The notes under the pieces: generated by a model | The model's database searches: none | Told to the model about the DNA's origin: nothing | The model's input: the letters and a program-made list of their open reading frames with translations, nothing else | Part shown: one piece after another, positions 12,213-25,710 of the stretch | Position numbering within the stretch: the stretch's first letter is position 1 | Layout: every line of letters begins with the position of its first letter | NCBI GenBank assembly: GCA_951406725.2 | Contig: OX597838.1 | Location: 7,254,001-7,318,000, forward strand | Origin: Octopus vulgaris | Lineage: Eukaryota | DNA: 64,000 nt | Reading direction: 5' to 3' | Made by a program: the position numbers and the translations under genes

Positions 12213-12758
12213 AATAAATATTCATAGATATATAGATATGTGTGTATGTATGTATATATATAGGTATATACGGGAGATAGAGAAAAACAGAGAAAGGAAG
12301 AGAGATACGTTACTGTCATCAGAGATACACACATGGATGTAGATATTCATAGGTATATGTGTCTATATGGGCATACACACACGTATATATATCTATGTAT
12401 GTATATATATATATATATACGTATGTATGTATATACGTATATATATATATATATATATATATATACGTATGCGTTGAAACTTTATTCATGAACATGTGAA
12501 AACATGTATAAATCAGCAGGTATATATATTTATACGCACTTACATACATGCATGTATACACACATAAGTATATTATATGCATAATATTTATACACACACA
12601 CACAGACACATACACACACATACACACACAGATATATACATCTATACATGGAAGCGTATGCATAAATATGTACGTATGTCTGGTTTTTCTTTCATATACA
12701 CCGTAGACCAATTTAAATTATTGTTTTACACAATGATATACTTCGATCTATACCCAGT

Positions 12759-12844
<86 letters not shown>

Positions 12845-13185
12845 CATATCTATATGCAAATATATAAACATATATACAGAATCATGCATAGCAGACACAA
12901 GAGACCGCACGCATATCAAAATAAATATATATGGGTAGTCATATAAATATGAGTTTTGAAATTTACGCCTCATTTCTGCTGTCTATCAAACATAACAACT
13001 CCAACAATAATATTATCACCCACACTAACGTTTACATTCTGAATGAAGACAAGCACATATATTCATATTCAGTAATAAAGTATACTTATATAAGTATACA
13101 ATTATATTACGGTGTTGTGTATGAGGAGATGCATGCGTATGTGAGCACCTAAACATGAGTACGTATATACATACGTATAGTACAT

Positions 13186-13230
<45 letters not shown>

Positions 13231-13272
13231 CACACAGGTGTGTCTATTTGTGTATGCATATATATTTTTGTG

Positions 13273-13319
<47 letters not shown>

Positions 13320-13330
13320 AAGTACATTTG

Positions 13331-13364
<34 letters not shown>

Positions 13365-13530
13365 TATATGTATGTATATAAATATGTATGTATGTATGTA
13401 TGTGTGTGTGTGTGTCTGATGTATCATATTCTTTGGTAAATAAATACACATATTTGATCTTACGGGCGAATATATTTCGCAGATATTCAATATTCATGGA
13501 AGCATGTGGAAATACACACATAAAATTATA

Positions 13531-13592
<62 letters not shown>

Positions 13593-14594
13593 TATGTATG
13601 TATTTGTTTATATATTAATATATGTGTATATATGTATATGTATATATATATGTATATTTGTATATGTATATATATATATATGTATATATAAATATATATG
13701 GTGTATGTATGTATGCATGTGTGTATGTATATGCATGGATATGCATGTATATATTTATATTGGCACACACACATATACACCTCTGTCCTGCTTCCTTACT
13801 ATGTCTATTTATTTTCTATTGCAATATCGACAATTCATTCTTGCCTGAGAAAATATCGCAAAAATCGAAGCTCCATTGTTTTTGTTTGTTTTGATTATCT
13901 TTGCGTTATGCATTATTACTGCTGTTTATTGTTATTACTGTTTGTTGTTGTTTGTGTTAATGTTGGTGTTGAACAAGTATTGGTGTTAATGTTGTTGTTG
14001 TTGCTGTTGTAGGAATTTGTTGGTTTTGCAATATATCTTCTTACATAGTTCATAAATTATCAACAATCACAAATGTGAATGTCTTGAATTACATTTCTAT
14101 CTTCAGTGATCCTTGAACGGTGTGTGTATACACATCATCCGATGAAAAATATCTTCCGCTTTGATAGCGGACTACACAATTTGTGTTGAAAATAGGTAAA
14201 CAATAATGATGAGAGAAAATATGATGCGGGGAATATTAAAAACTTCCATCTGATAACCCGTTTCTCGCTTTGTTTGTCAATCAGAAATTCCGCCTTTCAT
14301 CTCATTTTTAGTTTTGTTGATCGTTGCTAATTCCCCAGGCAGCTGGAAACTTGTTATTTGCTGCTAGAAACAAATATGAACTTCCCAAAGCGCTTAGAGT
14401 CGTTTGAACTCGTCGGAAATATCTGTCCTAGATTTATATCTCTGGGGCTCGATGAGCGTCTTTAGTTAACCGAAATGCCAGCGTACGTAAATCCACCTGT
14501 TAGAAATAAAAACCAAATGTCTTTTTACGTGTTAGACACTTCGCTTTTTAAAAGCAGAAACCAGGGCATTCGGATAATATAATCATTTCTACTA

Positions 14595-14790
14595 TTTTAC
14601 TTGCTTCAGTCATTCGACTGCGGCCATGCTGGAGCTCAGCCTTTACTCGAGCAAATCGACCCCAGGACTTATTCTTTGTAAGCCGAGTACTTATTCTATC
14701 TTTTGCCGAAACGCTCGGTTACGGGAACGTAAACACACCAGCATCGGTTGTCAATCGTTATTGGGGAGAAGCCAAGAGACACACAAACAT
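14595..14790 (-). mobile_element. SINE C 3' half
   Basis: ttacttgcttcagtcattcgactgcggccatgctggag...aaatcgaccccaggacttattctttgtaagcc is the reverse complement of the family C tail. Confidence 0.85.
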
Positions 14791-15572
14791 ATACACATAC
14801 ATACATAAACATATATATGCATATATATGTTTATGTAATGCGTAGCCTTATTTCGTCTGCCGTTACGTCCTGAGTTCAAATTCCGCCGAGGTCGACTTTG
14901 CCTTTCATCCAGGTTTTGTGAACATTTGTTGATACAGATGTGATATTTAAAAAAAAAAAAAATTTTATTTAGATAATAAAATATCCCCAATCTTTGAAGA
15001 ATAACTTTGCATATAACGTGTATGTTGTGAGTAATCGCTCTTATTATGCAAATTTGAACTATTGCATATATACAAAGGAAGATGATATAATTCCTGATTT
15101 CTCTCAAAAGAGTGGAGGTCCGTTTCCGTAGCCTCTCTTAGTCGATTATCTGTTGCGCCAAGTCAATGTTTGTTTTGTCTACGGGCGTTAGATTGCCTCG
15201 AATCCGTTGGTTACTGTAACGATTTGTGGCGACCACAGTTAGGAGCAGTGTAATCCACGCGACTGAGAACAACTGTTCTCTATCAGAATAGCTGGGTTTT
15301 ATTATCTCTAATAAAGAATGATGCTTGTTTATCTGATGGTGGAGTATTATTTCAGATTTGTTAGAGCAATATCAATGTCTGAACAGAAATAACTGAGGAC
15401 TAATACTCTGTATAATAAAGCAACATAGAAATAGAATAATATATATATATATATATGAATATAAATAATACACACTTTGATGACAACAATACCACACACA
15501 CAAACACAGATACACACACATATTTACATACGATGTGTATATATATATATATATATATATACATAGATAGAT

Positions 15573-15603
<31 letters not shown>

Positions 15604-15612
15604 AAGATAGAT

Positions 15613-15664
<52 letters not shown>

Positions 15665-16183
15665 TTACCTATGTATATATATTTCTATATATGCATATCT
15701 ATATATTTGTATATATATTTTATATATATATCGAATATATATATATATATGTTTGTATGTATGTGTATATATATATACATATATACATATATACATATAC
15801 ATACATATGTATATATATGCATATAAATATTTATAAGTATATATGTATATATGCACACACACACACACACACATACATATTTGTGTGTGTGCATGTTTGT
15901 GTATGTGTGTGGGCGTGCGTGCGTGTTTGTGTGAGCATATATCTTTAAGACGAAAGACAAGCTAACAGATACAACGACGACAAAGAAACACGGTGGCATA
16001 GAAACAGCGAGTGAAGATTCACAAACAAAACCAGCCATTTATAGTTCAGAAAACATAAGAATTACGCAGTAATCCCTTTCTGATTGATGGGAGTCCAAAA
16101 TTGGAAACTCTACTGCAAACTATTGGTGTATATATCCTCGCGTTCTGGAGCGATTTGCAAAGATCTTCGATTTGTTGTATCTA

Positions 16184-16592
16184 TGCGCAGGATTGGCTGT
16201 GTGGTAAGTAGCTTGCTTACCAACCACATGGTTCCGGGTTCAGTCCCACTGCATGGCATCTTGGGCAAGTGTCTTCTACTATAGCCTCGGGCCAACCAAA
16301 GCCTTGTGAGTGGATTTCCTGTAGACGGAAACTAAAAGAAGCCCGTCGTATATATGTATGTATATATATATATGTGTTTGTGTGTCTGTGTTTGTCCCCC
16401 TAGCATTGCTTGACAACCGATGCTGGTGTGTTTACGTCACCGTCACCTAGCGGTTCGGCAAAAGGGACCGATAGAATAAGTACAGGGCTTACAAAGAGTA
16501 AGTCCTGGGGTCGATTTGCTCGATTAAAGGCAGTGCTCCAGCATGGCCGCAGTCAAACGACTGAAACAAGTAAAAGAGTAAAGAGTAAAGAG
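16184..16592 (+). mobile_element. Full-length tRNA-derived SINE family C with internal (TA)/(TG) microsatellite
   Basis: gcgcaggattggctgtgtggtaag...ccgggttcagtccc (pol III boxes), CORE-like ttgggcaagtg, tail ...gactgaaacaagtaaaagagtaaagag. Near-identical to 16916-17330. Confidence 0.92.
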
Positions 16593-16915
16593 AGTATGCA
16601 CGAACAACGCATACGCAATGATGCACAATCATAGACAAACATATACGCATCCAGAGAGTGCAGTAACATTGATGCAAGGAAGGTACCACGTTTATGTACG
16701 TATGTATGCATGTATGTATACGATAGCGGATGGAAATTTTTATAGGCTTATATGATTTTGAACGTACACATGTACACATACATATATGGATATATACATA
16801 TATATATTTTTAATAATATATTATTATTATTATTAATATTAGGAAATCATTATCAAAATTCCTCGGAAAGATATATACATGTGAAAAATAATTGTTGTAT
16901 TAAAATGTATAAATA

Positions 16916-17330
16916 GGCGCAGGAATGGCTGTGTGGTAAGTAGCTTGCTAACCAACCTCTTGGTTCCGGGTTCAGTCCCACTGCGTGGCATATTGGGCAA
17001 GTGTCTTCTGCTATGGCCCCGGGCCGACCAATGCCTTGTGAATGGATTTGGTAGACGGAAACTGTAAGAAGCCTGTCGTATATATGCATATATATATATA
17101 AGTGTGTGTGTATATGTTTGTGTGTCTGTGTTTGTCCCCCTAGCATTGCTTGACAACCGACGCTGGTGTGTTTACGTCCCCGTCACCTAACGGTTCGGCA
17201 AAAGAGACCGATAGAATAAGTACTGGGCTTACAAAGAATAAGTCCCGGGGTCGATTTGCTCGACTAAAGGTGGTGCTCCAGCATGGCCGCAGTCAAATGA
17301 CTGAAACAAGTAAAAGAGTAAAGAGTAAAT
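16916..17330 (+). mobile_element. Full-length SINE family C
   Basis: Second copy with the same structure as 16184-16592. Confidence 0.92.
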
Positions 17331-18924
17331 AAATAAATATAAATATGTATAAAAATATATGTAAATATGTATAAGTATATATATACATTATATATATATA
17401 TATGTATGTATATATATATCTAAATATATATATAATGTATATGACAGTTTAAGTTTTGAATTAATTATTATATGAATTTTACGTACAAAACTTCGGATGA
17501 GTGAATGTGTGTTTCTGTGTGTGTGTGTGTGTGTGTGTAATACATATACAGACATTCACTCTCACATACTCTCTCTCTCTCACACACACACATACATATG
17601 CAGTGCATTTTATAAATGAACTCCTGCTACAAATATCGTTAATGCTCCAATTGTATTATCATATTCTAGTCCAGTTTAATAATAGTGGTTAAGCACCTAC
17701 TAGACTTAGTAGTAATACTAGTTACGAAACACAGAGCAAAATTAGGAAAAATTTACAGTAATCAGAAGTTATACTTCCTACGTGCGTTTCAGCATCTTTG
17801 TTGCAGGGAAGCCTGCAGTTCGACGTTCCTTGTACATTTGGATGTTTGTAAGCTTAACAAGAATAAACTATCAGGAAAACACTATTATTGTATAGATCAC
17901 TATAAAACTGCTGTTTGTGTCAAGGGAGAAAATTTCATTTGATGACATGTGTGTGTGTGTGTGTAAGTATTATTGCCATTACTAATAGTATTAAAAATGT
18001 AAGAATAAGGTGGCTAGCAATTTCACACCGTTACTTACTGCTGTATGTAATAGGAAATTCTTATCTATTGGTAAATATCCCACATTTGTAATATTAATAT
18101 TATAAAATATACTTTTTACATTCCAGTAGAAAAGTGAAAATTAGTAAACTTCCTGATAATCTGCAATAATTGTCATTCCCTAAGATATATATTACTGGCT
18201 ACGGAATACACAGCAAAATTAGGAAAAACTACAATGATTGTACGTATATAAATGTGTTAGGTTTCTTACTTCAATGTTGCAACACTCTCTGGATGCGTAT
18301 ATATTTGTTTATGATTGTGCGTCATTTCGTATGTAGTTTTCGTTATTCACAGAAAGACAGATAGACAGATAGACAGATAGACAGTGGGAGTACAATAGAA
18401 TTTAAAGAAGTTAGTATAAGTTGTGTTACATTTGTGATTCTTTAATGCATAAACACTCGCTGTATAATTTAATACAACGCAAAGCTAAATATCTGTATAT
18501 ACCAGAAGCACTGAATATACACAGGAAGCCTTAGTTGTCTGCAGAGTACATTCTCAGGAAATTATAAGGAAAGAATTGCCCCAGCATAAATTGTGGTGTC
18601 CCAGCCTGTTCATTGCTCGGAGCCTGGTGGAATTAAAAACGACAATGCAAGCTAATAAGAGAGTAAACCTCCCGGGATAAACTGCTATAAGCGCTACTCT
18701 GTATAACAAAATGTCAGAGAAGCATATGGTCGATATATTATTGATAAATGGTTAAGAGCCCGAAAGACACATCTTGTATCCTGGTAGCACCAATATGGAA
18801 ACCATGGAGATGGGGAAAAAAAGAAACCGAATACTACAGGCTGATTTCTCTGTGAAGAATACCGGAAATTTGTTTTGTAGAATGCTTCTCCATAGGATAT
18901 AATTACAAAACCGAAAATATAATG

Positions 18925-18975
<51 letters not shown>

Positions 18976-19567
18976 GAGAGAGGGTGAGAGAGAAAGAGAG
19001 ACAGCAGGCATACATACATACATACATACAGACAGACAGACAGGCAGAATCGATTTGCTTTTAGAAGAGAAGCAGTTGACGATAGTTTGATAGTGAAAGA
19101 GATATACCCAAAATTCTTGACAAATATTAGAATATGGTGTTTGGCAAGAGCTGTGCATTTGCGAAGATTGGTATGTATCTTGGATGGCAATTGATGTAGG
19201 TTTTGGATATTTAGATAAGGGCGGGTGCAATTATTGTAGATGAGCCTGGTAAATAACGACACAAAGAGATTTATGAGAAGCCTTTGGACAAAGGGGATAA
19301 CACCGTGATTTGGGTTTATTTGGGATGAAAGATGAGCCTGGATTTGATCAACAAGAGGTAAAAGCTCCATGTTCAAAGACCAGAAACACTGCGCACATCC
19401 TGGAATATAAATGATGATGAAACTCAGACCATGTTCGTTTTGTAACGTGAAATCTTTACAGCGATGTGTTTGAATTACATCGATAGGTACACATACACAC
19501 ACGTACATGCATACTTAGATGCATATATATGTGGATGTGCGCGCGCGTGTGTATGTGTTGTATACAC

Positions 19568-19605
<38 letters not shown>

Positions 19606-19799
19606 TTTACTTTCTTTCATTTATTGGACAACAATCCTAGTGGAGCACCGATTTGAAGGGTTCAATTGGGCAAATTCACCCCAAATCTATATGTGCGCGC
19701 GTATGTGTAATGAGAGTGGGGATGTTGAGGGTATAGGTGAATAAAGATTTGCAATGCATGCATATATGAATACATATATATGCATATATATATGAATAT

Positions 19800-19831
<32 letters not shown>

Positions 19832-19855
19832 ATATATATATTCATACATATATAT

Positions 19856-19915
<60 letters not shown>

Positions 19916-21303
19916 CTAATATATATATCTATATATACACATATATATAAATATGTATATACATGTACATATATACATGCATACGTACACGCACGTATAC
20001 ATCTGTGCGTGTGAGCATTCACAACAAAATAGGATCGCAAGCGATAAACTAACGTAAGACAAACAAACATGTTGGCTTAGAAAGCCTGACAGAAGATTCC
20101 CAAACAATGCAGACGTTTATACATCAGAAAACATAAGAATTATGCATAATCCTTTTATGATTGATGGTACACCAAAAGTGGAAACACCATTGCAAACTAC
20201 TCGTGTGTAGATTTATGTGTGTTCGTGTTCGTGTGCATGCATGTGCGTATATTTATGTATCTATGTCTATATAAGTATTCATATATATATATATATATAC
20301 ATACATACATATGTATATAATACTTGTGTGTATATATGTGTCTGTGCCTGTAGTGTGCCTGTATGTGTGTATGTGATTTGTAGCGATTTGTAAAGGGAAT
20401 CTTTAGTTTGTTACAGATTTGCATAGCTTAACGAAGAAGTATAATACAAAGACAGGCGATCATACGCCGAAATACGCGTACTCCCGAACGCTGAACACAC
20501 GCTCATACGCACACACACGCACACACATACACACACACATACACACACATACACACACATACACACACACACATACGAAGAGATACTGGAATATATAAAT
20601 ACATGTACGTGTATGATTTATGCATGATCAATATAAAAGCAATAGAAATTTAACTGATAGAGGTCTCGATACATTTCTGTAGAATATAATATGTATCTTT
20701 AGAAGAAAAAATGGTGGCATCATTCCCGACATTTGTGTTGGGATTTGTTTCATCTGACTGTGAATTTTAAAGGAATCGAACGCCAGTTATAAACTGGGGT
20801 TTTGTTTGGGTGTACAGCGTATCAATATCACGTGGGCATAGGTTATATGGTTGTATAATTGACAAGAATTCTTGACAATTTCAACGCGCAAAAAGCGGAT
20901 ATATCCACTCAAATTTGGATTACCGTAAGCTGCGGAAAACGGTTTTTCCCTTCAGATTTAGTGGGTAAAAAATATTTCTTTATTCTGCGAGAAGCGGAGA
21001 TATCCCAGTGATACTTTTTTAGAAAAACACAATTTTGTGATTTTTCTTAACTTTTTTTTTCAGGAATATCTTCAAATATCATTGGACACAGCAAGAATCA
21101 AATGCTTTTAGTGATGGATATGAAAATCGTACCTACAGGAGATACTTAAAAAAGTATTACAGACTTTGAAAAACATCCATTTTGTTTTAAACAACTGACA
21201 TAAACCATATGATCGTGGAATGGTGAAAACGCTGCATTCACGGTGTTAGATAGACCGCTTTTCAGTTATCTTACAAAAGGCTTTCGCATTCCAAAAGCTA
21301 TTA

Positions 21304-21535
21304 CAGTAACCCCTCGATTATCGCAGGTGTTATGTTCAAAAACACCCTGCCATGGGTGATAATCCACGAAGTAGAAACTGTACTTTAATTTTTTTTTAAT
21401 AATTTTTATAATATTTATATATTTATTTTATTATAAATGCAAAAGATCACCACGGAGGAATCGGTGAAAGCTTAAATTATAAACCGCGATAGGTGAACCG
21501 CGATACGTGAACCGCGATATGGCGAGGGATTATTG
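21304..21535. mobile_element. Tigger/pogo-like MITE
   Basis: Imperfect TIRs cagtaacccctcgattatcgc ... gcgatatggcgagggattattg, TA on the left flank and subterminal (gaaccgcgata) repeats. CAGTA-starting TIRs are typical of Tigger-type elements. Confidence 0.75.
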
Positions 21536-21870
21536 CACATAGCATGATATAAAAACAGTGGCTGTTGTCAAGGATCTCTTAGTATAATGGTTCAGAGCTC
21601 TAAGACGGAATACGAAAGATGTAGGGTTCGTTTCCCTCCGGGTAATTTCCAGCCTCTTTTTCTGTCTTCTAAAGTGTCTTCACACACTTCCTGCGTTCGC
21701 AAAGTCCTCTATTTTCTGTTGAATACCTACAACTTCTTATATCGGTCACTTTTGCTGAACCAAAAGTTATGGGGATGTATATCAGTTGTACACAACAACA
21801 TCAGTTGTCAAGCGATGGTGGGGGTAGAAACACAGTCACAAAGACACACACACACACACACACATAAATG

Positions 21871-21904
<34 letters not shown>

Positions 21905-22000
21905 CAGAGGATATATAAATTGATATATACATGTAGATATGAAATAGATATCTAAATGTGCACAAAGCCCATATGCAGTTGTGCATATATATAACTTAGA

Positions 22001-22395
22001 TATGTTTCGGCCAAAGATTGGTCAAGGCCATGTCTAACTTAATATCACTACCTGATATGATTATCTAATTCCTATTTAAGTCAAGTTTTGTTTATGGTCC
22101 ATTCAAGTAGTGAGTTATTGTTGAGTGAGTTGTATCCAGGTATGGGTGGCTTGTCTGGTATTTCTTGTGGAAATCTGTCCAGATTCCGTTTAAAGGTGAT
22201 GGGATCCTTTTCCTCCTTGATCAGTTTTGGGGCAATTTTAAACAGAGGAGGGCCCGTTGAGGAAAAGAAATTGTGTCGCAGTGTACCTATATGCTGTGAT
22301 CCTGAATTTGACAGGGCGAGTATGGCCCGTGGTCCCATCATTGGATGAACCTTGAAACAAATGTTCAGGTCGTTTGGGCAATGCTAGCGTTATAT
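22001..22395 (-). mobile_element. 5'-truncated CR1-group LINE, ORF2 C-terminus plus 3' UTR
   Basis: Peptide HNFFSSTGPPLFKIAPKLIKEEKDPITFKRNLDRFPQEIPDKPPIPGY...NSL fits the F..GP.LFN.LP..I...FK..LD.FL..IPD.P..GY motif at the end of CR1/L2-group RT ORFs. Confidence 0.8.
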
Positions 22396-22457
22396 TCTCC
22401 ACGTCGTACAAATGATGTATAAACATATATATATATAATGATAAATATCGAAGTGAG

Positions 22458-22509
<52 letters not shown>

Positions 22510-23404
22510 GTATATATATGTATATATATACATAAATATATATATGTGTTTGTTCTTGGCAGATCGATATTTTTTGTGCTCGACAAGGAGCGTCCAGGGA
22601 ATATCTGCGATTCTCATCAGCAGAGACAAACAAGAACAACTCTAAGGATTCGCATCAGGTGAAATAGAACTCATAATCTATACCCTGGTGGACTAGACAA
22701 ATAAACTATTCTCTTTTGTAGAATATTAGAATATACCAATTTACTTCACCTACACCCCCCATATTCAAATCAGCGTCCAAAACTGAAACAATACAAAAGA
22801 CGAGAAAGAAAAAAAAAATCATTCATAGAATAATGAAAAAAAAATTATAAGAGAAAAATTGAAACAAAAATACCGAAAAAAAAAAACCTGAAGAACAAAC
22901 AAGCAAAAATTAATAAAACAATATAAAAGACTGAATCATGAAACGCAATGGAACCACATAATTTTTGGCAAATTCGTAATTATAATGAATGTATATAGAT
23001 CTTCTTAATTTTGGGTCGAAGTTTCTATTATTTTCCCCACTATATTTATACGATGTTATTCTTTTTCTTTTTTCTTTTTTTTTTTGGTTCTGTTCTTGTA
23101 GAAATTCTCTGAAGCACAAGCGTTTGATATATTCATGTGAATCGATGATAAGGCGGAATATGTTACTGGACTCACTAGATCGAATAACCAATCAAAGGCC
23201 ATCGAGAGGAACATATTCGTACGTATGTAGTATGTGTGCACGTATGTAGTATGTATGCACATTTGCATATATGTATGCTGTATACATATACATATATATA
23301 TATATATATATATTTATAGATATAAATATATATGAATGCATAGATATATATACCTTCATATATTTGCACATAGATATCTATAGAAACATATACGATTTAT
23401 ATTC

Positions 23405-23441
<37 letters not shown>

Positions 23442-23520
23442 CTTATGTATATATATATATATATATATATATAAATATATGTCTATATATATGTCTGCAT
23501 ATATATAAAAATATATATAG

Positions 23521-23561
<41 letters not shown>

Positions 23562-24224
23562 ATATATTATATATGCATACATAATATCTGTACATATTAC
23601 ACATATGTATATATGTATACGTCTATGTATATATATATATATATATATATACCCGCGTATATACATTTATGCATATATATATACACATATATATGTATAT
23701 ACATATATAGAAATTGGTATGCACCTGTATATATGGCTGTTTGTATATATGTGTATAAGTGTGTGATATATATGTGTGTGTATCCGTGTGTGTGCGTGCG
23801 TGTCCGTACGTGTATGGGAAAGTGATTCTACGTGTTTTGTTTACAACGTGAGCTTTTTCTGTTTTTTTTTTTGTTTTTTCTTTTTATATATTCCATTTTT
23901 CGCGTTTTGCTTTGTTCAGTTCGTCCGATTTGTTAAAATGTTCAATAATAAACATATTCATTTTTTTTTTTTTTTACACCTTATTAGATTCATTGAATGT
24001 AATCGAACGGATGATTCCTCGCATTCGCATGGCTCTCTTCTTATTTTTCAACGAAATGAAATGAAATGGGAAATAGATTTAGGTGTTGTTTTGTTTTGTT
24101 TGGTTGTTTTTTTAATTTTTTTTTTTTTTTTGGTTTTCTCATTTATTCATTTATAACTTGTGTATAAATATTTGTTTTTCCTTATAAAAGACATCAACAT
24201 ATGAGCGAGATAAAAATGTTTGCC

Positions 24225-24415
24225 TTTGTGCTTGTATTCGATCCTGACCACGGCTTGACAACCGATGTTTCTTCGTTTACGTTCCCGTAACACAGCGGCT
24301 CGATAGTATAAGCCCCGCGTTAAATGATAAATACCGGGTTCGATTTACTCAGATAAACTCATGAAGGCGGTCCCCAGCACGGCCGCAGTCGAATGACTGA
24401 AATAAGTAAAAAATA
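24225..24415 (+). mobile_element. SINE C 3' half (diverged)
   Basis: gcttgacaaccgatg...cccagcacggccgcagtcgaatgactgaaataagtaaaa. Confidence 0.8.
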
Positions 24416-24529
24416 ATTATTAAGGAGAAATTGAGGGTTCACATTGTATATACTGGATTATTTTCAGTAATAATGTTTTGCTCAATAATAATTATTTCAA
24501 ATTTTTGTGACAAGGGTAGCTAACGGATG

Positions 24530-24862
24530 AGTGGAATACAAAAACCCCAATGTTTAACTGGTACGTATTCTATTGACGGAGTGGCACACGAAAAACCTAT
24601 TTCTTTACTACCCACAAGGGGCTAAAGACATGAAATGCCAATTTCTTTACTACCCAGAAGGAGCTAAACACAGAGGGGACAAAAAAGGTCAGACAAACGG
24701 ATTAAGTCGATTACATCGACCCCAGTGCGAAACTGGTACTTAATTTATCGAGCCCAAAAGATTGATAGTCGACCTCGGCGGAATTTGAACTCAGAACTTA
24801 ACGGTACACGAAATATCGCTAATCATCTCATCCGTCATGCTAATGATTCTGCCAGCTCGCCG
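24530..24862 (-). mobile_element. SINE A with duplicated 3' segments
   Basis: Reverse complement of family A. Two 'aagaaataggtatttcg'-like junctions near 24588-24605 and 24631-24648. Confidence 0.85.
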
Positions 24863-25130
24863 TTTTTTACTTTATTTTTTGTTCAATAATAATGAGTTGG
24901 TCATGGTTGGAGAGTCCTTAAATAGGATTAATAGAATAGAGTTGGGTAATGAATTCTTCAACTTGGACTTAATAACACCAACAGTAAAAACAAATACAGA
25001 AACAACTGCAAAACTAATAGCAATGCTAAGAATAATTTGTTAACTGGTTACCATATCAAAGAATGCTTTTGCTGCATTTTGTCATAAAGAATAATTCTGG
25101 CGGTAGATGAAATTGAGTAAACACTCAAGC

Positions 25131-25231
25131 CGGGGCATCCTATTGACGGGGCACCCTATTGACGGGGTACCCCTATTGACGGGGCACCCTGTGACCGGGG
25201 CTCACTATAGCCGGGGCACCCTATAGACGGG
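25131..25231. repeat. GC-rich 16-bp minisatellite (cggggcaccctattga) x~6
   Basis: Direct reading. Confidence 0.9.
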
Positions 25232-25710
25232 TTACGCTGTACTGACAGACAGACAGAAAGTCAGCAACGGAGACATAGAGGAAGACACAGACACCTTGAC
25301 TGACTAGGAGCGACAAGCAGAAAACAGTGAGAGGTTGTGCTAAACTAGAGGCCCGGCCGTATAAAAGCGCTAAGAAGTGACACGATACGAAGATGAGCTT
25401 GTTACAATTTCAAATATGCTTCAAAAATATTCGAACCCCCTAAGGCAGCCGTTTAATGCATTTCGTCAACGACAAAAATACTCGCTTTAAATGAAAAAGC
25501 TAAACCCACACTAACCCACTCCGGATTTAACAACATTTTGCCTAATAAAAATAAAGGGATAACATCGTTGCGGATAACGAGCTTTCCATTTTATCGATCT
25601 AATCCCTCTCTGATTTCTGGCAAAATATTAGTGAGTATTCCATCGATGAGTGTGACACAGATCGTGAGACTGGATCTTCAGGATGTATAGGTACAGCTCC
25701 ATCCATGCAA

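Noticed and set aside
18903-19508. 201-aa minus-strand ORF with ~140 aa in non-repetitive sequence
   Set aside because: It begins and ends in microsatellites and has no recognisable motif or clear splice sites. The opposite strand has only a faint LINE-RT-like flavour, so it is possibly an antisense shadow of a decayed element.
21040-21170. Plus-strand acceptor (t-rich cag at 21061-21063) with short open frame NIFKYHWTQQ...YYRL*
   Set aside because: No donor or recognisable homology, and T-tract+AG is frequent in this AT-rich DNA.
21571-21648. tRNA gene (tagtataatgg...gggttcgtttccc)
   Set aside because: A and B box-like motifs are present but I cannot fold a cloverleaf. It is more likely a decayed SINE head. 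The other tRNA-like heads in the window are also SINE parts.
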